From assembly GCA_046350815.1 (NCBI GenBank), contig JAXLZO010000001.1, positions 180,001-212,000 of the forward strand: a stretch of DNA of 32,000 nucleotides. The letters run 5' to 3'. The position numbers were made by a program, and so were the translations under genes. Below the pieces are notes generated by a model. It saw only the letters and a list, made by a program, of their open reading frames with translations. It made no database searches and was not told where the DNA came from. The stretch comes from Candidatus Saccharimonadota bacterium (GTDB lineage: Bacteria > Patescibacteriota > Gracilibacteria > BD1-5 > UBA2023). Of the stretch, positions 21,819 to 31,384 are shown piece by piece (positions within the stretch are counted from its first letter, which is position 1; every line of letters starts with the position of its first letter).

Positions 21819-23607
21819 ACTTTTTCTCAAGAACAGCTTTAATTCGTCGCACTCATGCACTCGATGCTTCTTCTTTGATAATTTTGAAGGTTCCCATATC
21901 TTGCGAACTCACTACATGAGGACCTCCACACAGCTCTTGTGAATAGATAGTTCCATCGATTCATTTCATAGTATAGACTTTCACAATATCTGGATATTTT
22001 TCCCAAAATGACCCCTCTACGCCACGATCTCGAGCCTGATTTTTTGACTCTTCCGTAATAATAGTATTGAATCCTGATTTTATAGTATTGTTTACATACT
22101 CCTCAACTGCTTTGATCTCCTCAGGAGTCATTTTTGCGGAATGTGTGAAATCAAACCTGAGTCGCTCTGGGGTAATATTTGATCCTGCTTGGTGAACATG
22201 ATCTCAGAGAATTTTTCTCAGCCCAGCAAGCATAATATGAGTTGCAGAATGGAGTGCTGTGGTATCCTCACCGCCATCAGCTAAACCACCCTTGAACATA
22301 CCAGCAGATGCTGTACGAGAAAGCTCTTGATGAGCTCGAAATTTCTCTTCAAACCCCTGATGATCAACAGTCATCCCGCGTTCCTTTGCAAGTTCTTCCG
22401 TCATCTCAATAGGAAAACCAAATGTATCAAAGAGACGAAAAGAATCATCTTTATTGATTTGGTCACCTGATTGACTTCAAAGTATCACCTTCTCAAATTC
22501 TTTCAGTCCATTTTTTAATGTACGAGTAAACTTTTCCTCCTCTCTTGAGAGTTCGGATTGAATCTTTTCTACATTCTTAGCAATACTCTCATAAACCAAT
22601 GAGAACTGTTCAATATATTTCTCTGCAACAAGGGTCGTAATAGGAGACTCATAACCCATCTTGTATGCTTCACGAATAGCTCGACGGATCAGGCGGCGGA
22701 GAACATATCCTTGATCAACATTTTTCGGTGCTGCTCCATCAGCGATCATATGAGTAGCTGCACGGAGATGATCTGCTATGATCCGAGCGCTTCGTTCGTT
22801 ATAGTTGTCCTCACCAACAATGTCTTTGATGAGAGTAAGCACTGGAATAAATGCATCTGTATCGTATACAGATTGCACTCCTGTAAGGGTTGCAGTGATT
22901 CGTTCCAACCCCATTCCAGTATCCACATTCTGAGCTGGAAGATTTTCAAGAGTACCATCAGCAAGACGGTTATATTCCATGAAGACGTTATTCCATATCT
23001 CCATCCATTTCTTTGGCTCTTTCGCAACATTGGAGTCAACGGGAGGATTTCCTTCTCCAACCCAATAGAATATCTCCGTATCAGGACCACATGGTCCGGT
23101 TGGTCCAGCCGCCCACCAGTTATCTTCCTTGGGCATATAGCAGATACGACTCTCAGGAATACCAAGAGAAGACCAAACACCCGCAGAAAATTCATCACGA
23201 GGAGCATCCTCATTTCCTTCAAATACCGTGACACAGAGCCAAGTAGGATTAATACCGAACCATTTTGGGTCTGTTAAGAGTTCATATGACCATTTAATCG
23301 AATCTTCCTTGAAATAATCGCCAAGTGACCAATTCCCAAGCATCTCAAAAAAGGTCAGATGCGTATTATCACCAACATCATCGATATCACCTGTTCGTAC
23401 ACACTTTTGTACATCGGCAATTCTCTTCCCAAGTGGATGCCGCTCACCAAGAAGGTATGGAACAAGAGGTTGCATACCAGCCGTATTGAAAAGCACAGAA
23501 GGATCGTTCTCTGGAATAAGTGGTGCTGATGGGATAATCGCGTGATTTTTCGATCGAAAGAAATCAAGATATTTTTGACGAAGTTCCGTAGAGGTGAGTC
23601 GTTGCAT
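21817..23607 (-). CDS. alaS: Alanine--tRNA ligase, short form of 596 aa that ends right after the editing domain
   Basis: The N-terminal catalytic core comes from track ORF 22477..23607. Downstream are [12 protein letters not shown], the editing motifs [23 protein letters not shown] and ELCGGPHV, and the final [14 protein letters not shown], with TGA at 21853-21855. TAA is at 21817-21819. Confidence 0.95.
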
Positions 23608-23630
23608 GAGAAAAACAATAATATTGTTAG

Positions 23631-23658
23631 ATTATACCAAATAACCCAGGAGAATCAA
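23631..23658 (-). promoter_or_regulatory. Candidate sigma70-type promoter of alaS
   Basis: The minus strand reads TTGATT, a 16-nt spacer ending in TGG, then TATAAT (23631-23636). The -10 hexamer ends 23 nt upstream of the ATG. This is sequence-pattern evidence only. Confidence 0.3.
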
Positions 23659-23673
23659 AGAAAAGAACACAAC

Positions 23674-23704
23674 AAAAAACCACTTCGTACCGAAGCAGAA
23701 GTGG
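23674..23704 (-). terminator. Hairpin plus U6 located 67 nt upstream of alaS on the same strand
   Basis: The minus strand reads ccacttc-tgcttcggtac-gaagtgg-tttttt. It either terminates the small upstream ORF or sRNA, or acts as an attenuator of alaS. Confidence 0.55.
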
Positions 23705-23719
23705 AGGTAGTTTTCTACC

Positions 23720-23863
23720 TTAAGAAATGACAATCAGAAATATTTCCTGTGAGTCACTTCACCACTCCGAAGAGAGTAAAGCATACTCAATTTGTTGCCT
23801 AATTTCTTGACGAATTTGTATATTTCTTTCTCGTAATTTATTTTTGGAAAGAAATCTCATCAT
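23720..23863 (-). CDS. Possible small basic protein, 47 aa (low confidence)
   Basis: The translation is MMRFLSKNKLRERNIQIRQEIRQQIEYALLSSEW-G-SDSQEIFLIVIS. TAA is at 23720-23722 and the terminator begins 16 nt later. There is no Shine-Dalgarno sequence, and a TTGACT-15-TATGAT promoter-like pattern overlaps the ATG, so this could instead be a non-coding transcript. Confidence 0.25.
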
Positions 23864-23967
23864 ACACAAATATATGCAAAGTCAAGACAAAATACAAAAA
23901 AAACGCCTTTATTTTTGTAAAAAACCTATACATAGGGTACTATCAGATACAAATAAAATCTTCGTTT

Positions 23968-24354
23968 ATGTCTTTTTTTCAACATCCTCAGAAGATCTTT
24001 CTTCTTATGGTAGGCCTATTCTCTATTTTAAGTTCATCCGCCTTTGCATCACTATGGCCGACACAAAATCCAACAACAGAATCATCTGGTGGGATAGCAG
24101 GGATATATTTTACCAATATGTTCGGGAATATTGAAGCTGGAACAGGGAAAATTTGTACCAATAGTTGAGTAATTATAGGATTTGATGCGAATGGTGGCAT
24201 CAAATGTCTAGAAAATATCACTGACAATTCCTTCATTTCAAATCCAACAACAAGTATTACTTATTCTGGGGATCAGACATGACCAACTGGTGAAATATCA
24301 GGTGGGGCATTCAAGCAGTATTTTACCAAGGGTCTAAACCAGTTGACAGGATAA
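23968..24354 (+). pseudogene. 5' fragment (signal peptide plus first repeats) of a giant surface protein, truncated by an IS insertion
   Basis: The signal is MSFFQHPQKIFLLMVGLFSILSSSAFA. The frame runs into the IS left end (..QYFT/KGLNQLTG) and stops at the TAA at 24352-24354, inside the element. Confidence 0.75.
24330..24344. repeat. IS left terminal inverted repeat
   Basis: gggtctaaaccagtt is the exact reverse complement of 25068-25082. Confidence 0.9.
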
Positions 24355-24376
24355 ATTATCCCATAAACTTGGCTCT

Positions 24377-25069
24377 ATGATCAGTAAAACTACCTATAGG
24401 AAAAAATCACGAATTTGAGATGCAAAAATAAGAGAAATTGTGAAATATTTTTCTCTGGATTTTACTTCAGATAAAACAGCGGTATTAACAGGTCTCAATC
24501 CAAAAACAACACAGGATTGGTATAGATATATCAGAAAGGCGATAGCCTTTCTCTGTGAGAGAGAAAAGAATGAAATATGGACTGGAAATGTTGAGATAGA
24601 TGAGAGTTACTTCTGACCAACAAGAGTCCGATGAAAGAGAGGAAGGTGAGCTGGTATGAAGACAATAGTCTTTGGTTTACTCAAAAGAAACTGAAAAGTA
24701 TATACTGAGATAGTTCCTGATGTAAAAGCAAGGACTCTCGTGCCAATCATTCGATGAAAACTTCGTATAGAAGAGTCTGAGATTAACAGTGATGGATGGT
24801 GAGCTTATGATGGGCTTGTAGATATTGGATATGAGAAACACTACCGTGTTCATCACGGAGCAAATGAATTTGCAAGATGAACTCAACACATTAATTGAAT
24901 AGAGTCATTTTGGAGTTATACCAAAAGAAGACTCTCTCAATTCAATGGAATCAAGAAAGTCTACTTCTACTATTTTTTGAAAGAATCTGAATTCAGATAT
25001 AATTGTCGTATTCAATGAAAAGATATTTATAAGGAAGTGCTAAAGTTACTTCGTCAATATAACCCGTAA
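24377..25069 (+). CDS. IS1595-family (ISXO2-like DDE) transposase, 230 aa
   Basis: The translation contains VEIDESYF-G-PTRVR-G-KRGR-G-AGMKTIVFGLLKRN-G-KVYTEIVPD...INSDGW-G-AYDGL...HHGANEFAR-G-TQHIN-G-IESFWSYTKRRL...FLKESEFRYNCR. It has 10 in-frame TGA codons, several at family-conserved Gly positions. The TAA overlaps the right inverted repeat. Confidence 0.9.
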
Positions 25070-25082
25070 CTGGTTTAGACCC
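25068..25082. repeat. IS right terminal inverted repeat
   Basis: aactggtttagaccc. Confidence 0.9.
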
Positions 25083-25084
25083 TT

Positions 25085-28000
25085 ACCAATATGTTCGGGA
25101 ATATTGAAACTGGAACAGGGAAAATTTGTACCAATAGCGGTGCAATCGTAGGTTTTACTCATGATGGCACCCCACAATGTGGAAAAGTAATACGAAATAT
25201 GGGGACTGCTTCTTGAATAGCATGAATAATTCCAGCATGAATTTCGACTCCAAATGTTGTAATGCAAGCAATGGGTATTCCAAATAGTAGGATTGCAGGA
25301 TTTTTTGGAAATATATTGAATCATTCATGCGATCCAAACTATGCGCTCGTTGGATTTACTTATACTGGCGCTTTAATCTGTAAAAATATTGATGATCTTA
25401 TATGATTTAAAGCTTGAGAGCTAAATATATCAAGTGATAATAACCAAGTTATATCTGGATCAGGCATAACGATAAGCTGGATAAGCCAGAATACAAAAAA
25501 CTGTAAATTACAAAATCAGCCAGTTAGTCCAAATGGGACTCAATACTTCATAGTTTCAGAAAAAACAGAATTCAAAATACAATGCTTCGATGAAAAAAAT
25601 ATATCTATCGAAAAACAAATTACTGTAGATATTATCACCGTACCAACACCTAATATAACTTTTCAGATTAAAGATTGAACAGATACAAGGTATGTATGAA
25701 GTACAATTGATCTGAGCTGGAATGTATCTGATGCTGATACGTGCTTTGCATCCAATGTAGGAAATAGACAGATGGCGAGCGAAAATAGTTGGTATGGGGC
25801 AAAGGGTTTTTCATGAACTACGACAGTATCTGTATATGAGAATGATATTTACTATTTAAAATGTAAAAAAACTACATCCTGAATAGAGAAAGAATCGCAA
25901 AAATATATCGCATTAAATACACTCAATCCTATACTATCATTCACATCTGATATCAACGATAGTATAGAAATATACAAAACTCTAACACTCAGTTGGAATA
26001 GTAATGAGTACATACCATCAGAAATAGTACAATCCGGTATGAATACCGCAAATCAAGTAGAAACACGCAATGTTCTTCCATGTACAATTTCCTGACCTGG
26101 AATAAGCTGAAATAAAAATGAATTCTGACACAATATTACGTGAAAGAAAGTGAGCGGAAGCGGTAGCATACTCGTGCAAGCAACGGTTGCGAATGATTTA
26201 GGCTATAATATCAGTTGCTTCTTAAGTAATGGATCCTCGGTACAGCGATCTGTCTGACCAATAAAAGTAACTCCTGCACCAAGAAATACACGTATAGACT
26301 ATTTTTATGATGCAAATGGGTATCAACGACCATATACTCAAGATTGAATGAATCGCATATACGCATCAGGGGATGAGGTACATCTTAATTGGGGAGCATA
26401 CTATCACGACGGATGTGAAATACTTGGGAAAACAAATATATCATACGATAATTCATATAAATTCACTATTTGACCAAACGATACATCCAGAACATATACA
26501 TTACGCTGTCATGACGCAGGAACAAAAAAATTCGTAGAAAAAGAGCTATCTATTTTTATACCATCACCAACTATTGCAACAAATCCAACACCAGAGATCG
26601 AGTATCTTTGGGCGACTTACGATAATACCCGAGTGGAAGCGCTATCATCTTTTGAAAAAACAACAAACCCTTACATCAATATAAGTTGGTCTGCAAAAAA
26701 CATTGAACACTGTGAAGCATCATGGGATCCTGTATATTGATCAAAGAATATACAAGCAGGAACATACAAAACAATGACATATACCCTACAAGATAAGTTA
26801 TCAAATAGTCAGAACAGTAAAAAATATAGCATTACTTGTTATGGGAATAGTGGAACATCCATTCAAAAATCAATCGATCTCAATTGGTATGATCAAACAA
26901 TACCAAAAATAACCCTTATTGGCCCAACAAGTATCACAAAAAATAATACATGAACAGTACTATGGTCGACGCAAAATGTCACTAATTGTGTGTGACTGTG
27001 AGATGAAAGTACGTGGATTGGAGATAAATCACTGAGTGGAAGCTTTGTAACATCAAAACTTTCTCAAACCACATCATATATCCTTCGTTGCAAAAAAGGG
27101 GATGGATCTATCATTGAAGAAAGTATAAAAATAGAGGTTGTATGATCATCAATTTCTCCATGATGAACACCAGCAATAAAAACATTTTGGGCAACTTTTG
27201 ATAATGAATCATACTATCATTTCAATGATCCAACAAAGAAAATATCATACAAAAATCCGTGATTTATTACGCTTTCATACCAAGCTGAAAATATAGAAAG
27301 TTGTTCAACCTCATGGAATCCGATCAATGGCGCCAAGCAAACAAATGCTGAAAATGGCATCATATCAAGTCAAACACAGGCATATACTTTGGGAGATGGT
27401 GCAAAAGAATATAGTATTTCTTGTCAGACAAAAAATGGGATAATTACAGAAAATCTTACGATATATCTAGAGCCATCATCATATTTAACCTTCGTAGGAA
27501 CATATATTGATAGCAATAATCAATACAGCCATGTTGAAATTCTTTCTGGTCAAACAGTAGCGCTCAATTGGAATACAACATCTGTAGACTTATGTGCGGC
27601 TTCTGAGGATTGGAGTGGTACAAAAGAATCGAGTGGATCATATACGACACCAGTACTTACATCCAACAAGAGCTATACACTTACTTGTAGTGGAAAAGAT
27701 GGGATTCAAAGAATTGAAACAGTAACAGTAAGTGTTATTACTTCAAAAAAACCCACTATTCTACTTGGAATCAAAAATGGTGAAGCTTATAAAAGAGCGT
27801 GAGATTCGGTAACTATAAGCTGGAATGTATCGAATGCCGATCGATGTGAAAGATCGTGATGGTGGGCAACTTGAGGCAACTTAGGCTCTAACGACTCATG
27901 GATGCAAACAGAAGGTTTTATTGGTGATATTTCAATACGTTCTCCATTTGCTACTACCTATGGATTAACTTGCTGGAAAGGAAACGAATACACCACGGAG

Positions 28001-28942
28001 TATATATCAATCACTATCAAGCCACATGTTTCTGTAGGTCTTACAGCTACCTACTTCACAGGTTTTGATGGAATACCAAAAACACAAATTAATTGGAATG
28101 CGGAAGATATATCGGGAATGAGTTGGGATACTAAAAGTGAAGTAATTTGTCATGGACAGGACGGTGATAATTCATGAAATTGGAATAGTTTACAGAAAGC
28201 AAGCTGAAGTTATATTATTCCAAAATTACTTACAACAGAAACTGTATACACAATGTATTGTAGTATTGATAATCAAACAACCTCTAATTCATCTTACTTT
28301 CAAGGAGTAAGCAAGTCCATAACGGTAGACCCTCAGTCAATACCAAAAGCATCATTGAGTATTAATATATCAAACGCAAGCTCTAATATGAAAAATGGAG
28401 AATATTGGGTATACAATAATAATGGTATAGTAAACTGGACTGCGAAAAATGTTTCAAACTGTAAAATATATAATATTAGTAATAATACGATGGTGGAAAA
28501 GGTAGATAACACATCGGATAATAACCATGAGAATGTTGGGCAATTTGTTATTCCTACAACACAATGAATATCAGATTACTATTTAATCTGTAGAGACCTA
28601 GTAGGAAATACTTTTGATGATTGAACAAAACATATTATCGTGGATACCGAAGTGCCAACTATCAAGTCTTATTCTGTATGCCCAGAACATCAACATGGCT
28701 CAAATTGAGTATGTTCATACCCTCTATTCTGTTTTAAAAGTAGTAATGCATTTGATATATTCGATATATTTGCATCAGATTGAAAAAAAAGACGTATTTA
28801 TTGGAACTGATGCTGACATTCTGAATACAGTGCTTGATATAGCAACAATGAACTAGTTGGTATAGTTTGAGAAAAAATTCCTTGTCCAGAAAACATAAGA
28901 GCACTGAGTAATGAACTTTGTAACTTCGACAGTCTCCACTAA
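25085..28942 (+). pseudogene. 3' portion (1,285 codons) of the IS-disrupted giant surface protein; about 11 tandem Ig-like Cys-containing modules
   Basis: The frame was checked line by line from 25085 and contains only TGA. It includes track ORFs 27389..27802, 27902..28177 and 28253..28567. A recurring module reads ..(I/V)x(I/L)SW(N/S)xxNxxxC...G(S/T)...Y.L.C...G... The 3' end (TAA at 28940-28942) is less certain because a second open frame overlaps 28614-28856. Confidence 0.75.
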
Positions 28943-28973
28943 ATGAAAAATCAGTATTTTTAATATTCAATAT

Positions 28974-29636
28974 ATGAAATATAACTACCTAATACTATGT
29001 CTCATTAGCCTCATTAGTCTGAGTTCTTGCTATAATTCAAAAATATCTCCTGGTCCATCCCCAGAGCAAAAAGAAGTATGGAAAAAACCAAGCATTAAAA
29101 ACTCTGACAGAGTAAATATCTCATATAAACTGCACAATGAAGCCAATGAAATTGTCGATAGCAGTGACAATATCACATTAGTTGTCTGAAGTGGATCTCT
29201 ACCATTCATTGGTCTTCACGAAGTCCTAATTGGAATGCAAGAGGGTGGAAAACAGATATTAAAACTTCCAGCAAGCAAGCTCTATGGAGATGAACGTCAA
29301 AATCGTATCTTTCGAGAGGAACAACTCCTAGAAATATCACAAAAAACGATACCAATAGAAGATCTACAAAAGTATAAAACTGAGTTTGAAGGGAAGAAAT
29401 TTATTGTCATCAATAAGACAAAAATTAATGCAACCATCAGATTAACTAACCCATCACCTCTTTTTCTCTGAGATACTCTTGTTATTGGACAAGAATCGGA
29501 TCAAGCATGGAACGGCGGAAAAATGAGAGTTGAAAAAATAGAATGAGAATACATAACAGTTTCATACCCGACAGGACATCCACTTTCCGGAAAATCTCTC
29601 AATCTTGAGGTGGAAATCAAGAAAATCCTCAAATAA
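28974..29636 (+). CDS. FKBP-type peptidyl-prolyl cis-trans isomerase lipoprotein, 220 aa
   Basis: The lipobox is LISLSS-C. The FKBP pattern is VNISYKLHNEANEIVDSS...LVV-G-SGSLPFIGLHEVLIGMQEGGKQILKLPASKLYG, and the SlyD-like end is ITVSYPTGHPLSGKSLNLEVEIKKI. Track ORFs 28974..29189 and 29235..29471 are in the same frame. Confidence 0.85.
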
Positions 29637-29641
29637 TCACC

Positions 29642-29675
29642 AAAAAAGAGCGACGTAAAAGTTCGCTCTTTTTGA
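29642..29675 (+). terminator. Rho-independent terminator
   Basis: aaaagagcga-cgtaaaagt-tcgctctttt followed by a T-tract. Confidence 0.7.
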
Positions 29676-29701
29676 CTTTTTGGATACACTCTGGGAAAAA
29701 T

Positions 29702-30904
29702 ATGCCATACTACATTTCTCATCTTGGTCACAACCAGGCACTCTCTATTGCAGAACTCTACAAAGCTCTCAAGGCAACTGATATGACTATCCACCATGGT
29801 GGATATCTGAGCTTTTCAAGTATCTACAATCGAAGCGAGGTACAAGCAAAATTTCCAACCCTCGGTGGACAACGTCTTATTGCAGAGATATTCAAAGATC
29901 ATGTATCGTGGAGAGATCAAGATCAAGCTCTCTTGGATGCTATAGATTCTACTATGGGTGATAATAAATATCAATTCGCACTCTCAAGCAACAAGCACAT
30001 GGAGCTACAAAATATAGCCATGAACTTTAAAAAGCAGCTCGTCAAAGAGGGAAAAAGCATACGAATCATCAATAAAAACAATTCTCCAATATCTCCAGCA
30101 CTTGCGAAAAAGGAGCGCATCGGAATAAAAGCATTTGAGTGGCACATTATCGATCGAGGAAATGACGAATGTATCATCGCCGAAACAATTGCCTTTCAAG
30201 ACATAGACAGTTATAGTGACCGTGATATGGGAAAAAGTCGAGATATGCAAGTTGGTATGCTTCCCCCAAAACTCTCACAAATACTCCTCAATCTCGCTGA
30301 ACTCAAACCCCATCAGGCATTCTACGATCCATTCTGTGGTCTTGGAACCCTTCCAATAGAAGCTCTTCGTTATGAAGACATACTTATTATCGGATCTGAT
30401 ATAGAAGAAAATCTTGTTACAAAGACACAATCCAACCTGGAACAAATGCAAGATCATCACAATCCACATCATATTGAGACATTCACGCGCAATGCTCTAC
30501 AGCCATCACATCACCTTAGTGAAATTCGAAAACGCTATCCAAATCGATCCTTGACTATTGCTACAGAGTGATATCTTGGTCCTATTATTCGAAAATACAG
30601 CAATTATCGTGCGATCGAAGAAGCTCTCGATGAGACAACTCCCATTACCCATGGATTCATCAAACAACTTGCAAAAGATCTACAAAAATGAGAGCGAGCC
30701 TGTATTTGTATGCCTTGTTGGTTTTACAGTGAAAAATACACCTATATTCCACAAATAGTATCACTTCTGAGCGCATCTTGATTTGCTATTGAACGCATCG
30801 AGCATCCACTCTTAGATCGTTCGTATACAGCACGATGATCTCTTATCTACCGTCGTTCAACACAAAACGTCGGACGAGAAATCTTTATACTTGTGAAGTC
30901 ATAA
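29702..30904 (+). CDS. SAM-dependent methyltransferase (UPF0020/Trm11-like, probably RNA-modifying), 400 aa
   Basis: ATG at 29702. SAM motif I is FYDPFCGLGTLPIEA. The motif IV-like stretch is TIATE-G-YLGP, with TGA at 30569-30571. The frame was checked to the TAA at 30902-30904. The exact substrate is unknown. Confidence 0.65.
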
Positions 30905-30940
30905 TAAAAAGCGTGATTTCTCACGCTTTTTATTATGACT
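30897..30940. terminator. Bidirectional terminator: perfect 20-bp arms with a 4-nt loop
   Basis: agtcataataaaaagcgtga-tttc-tcacgctttttattatgact. It overlaps the methyltransferase stop codon and ends 4 nt before the TAA of the convergent gene. Confidence 0.8.
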
Positions 30941-30943
30941 GAA

Positions 30944-31318
30944 TTATTTCTTCATAATCTTTGCCCAGATTCCACCAAGCAATGATTTCGGTTCTTTTGT
31001 TGCCTTTTCATCGAGAGTTTTTTGTACATCATGCATCTTATCCATCGCAACCTCTTGAAGCTCTTCTGCCTTGTCTTTTGCTTCCTCAAGCACATCTTTA
31101 CTGATCTTTTGAGCCTTTTCAAAAAGTAATTCTGCCGGGGTTTTCGAGTGATCCTCTTTCTTTTCCTCAGCGACTACCTCAGATGTTTTTGGAGCATCTT
31201 CTGAGGGAGTTTCTGTGACTACCTCAGCAACAACTAGAGTTTCAGGAGCATTCGTTTCTGTTGAAGCAACTACGGTTTCTTCTTTTTTCGTAGCTTTTGG
31301 TTCTTTTGCAGCAGGCAT
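30944..31318 (-). CDS. Acidic, Lys/Glu-rich hypothetical protein, 124 aa
   Basis: The protein runs MPAAKEPKATKKEE...LLGGIWAKIMKK and ends in TAA at 30944-30946. An alternative upstream ATG at 31358-31360 would add a short hydrophobic N-terminus. Confidence 0.5.
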   Translation of the reverse strand: MPAAKEPKATKKEETVVASTETNAPETLVVAEVVTETPSEDAPKTSEVVAEEKKEDHSKTPAELLFEKAQKISKDVLEEAKDKAEELQEVAMDKMHDVQKTLDEKATKEPKSLLGGIWAKIMKK

Positions 31319-31384
31319 AACAAAATGAAAAATAATAAAAGATGCTTTGATACTAGTCATTCTCACGAAAAATGCAAGAGTGAG

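Larger units (their letters stand above)
24330..25082 (+). mobile_element. IS1595-family insertion sequence, 753 bp (IS1016-like in size)
   Basis: It has 15-bp perfect terminal inverted repeats and a 7-bp direct target duplication TTACCAA (24323-24329 and 25083-25089). It carries a single DDE transposase gene. Removing the element plus one duplication copy restores the host reading frame exactly. Confidence 0.9.

Noticed and set aside
23608-23900. Classical T-box riboswitch upstream of alaS.
   Set aside because: I could not find the conserved T-box sequence (..GGGUGGUACCGCG..). There is no proper stem I with a specifier loop and AGAGA or distal-loop motifs, and no antiterminator with a 7-nt UGGN bulge. 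Only loose resemblances (guggug, GCU in a small loop) are present. It is kept as an open question in the findings.
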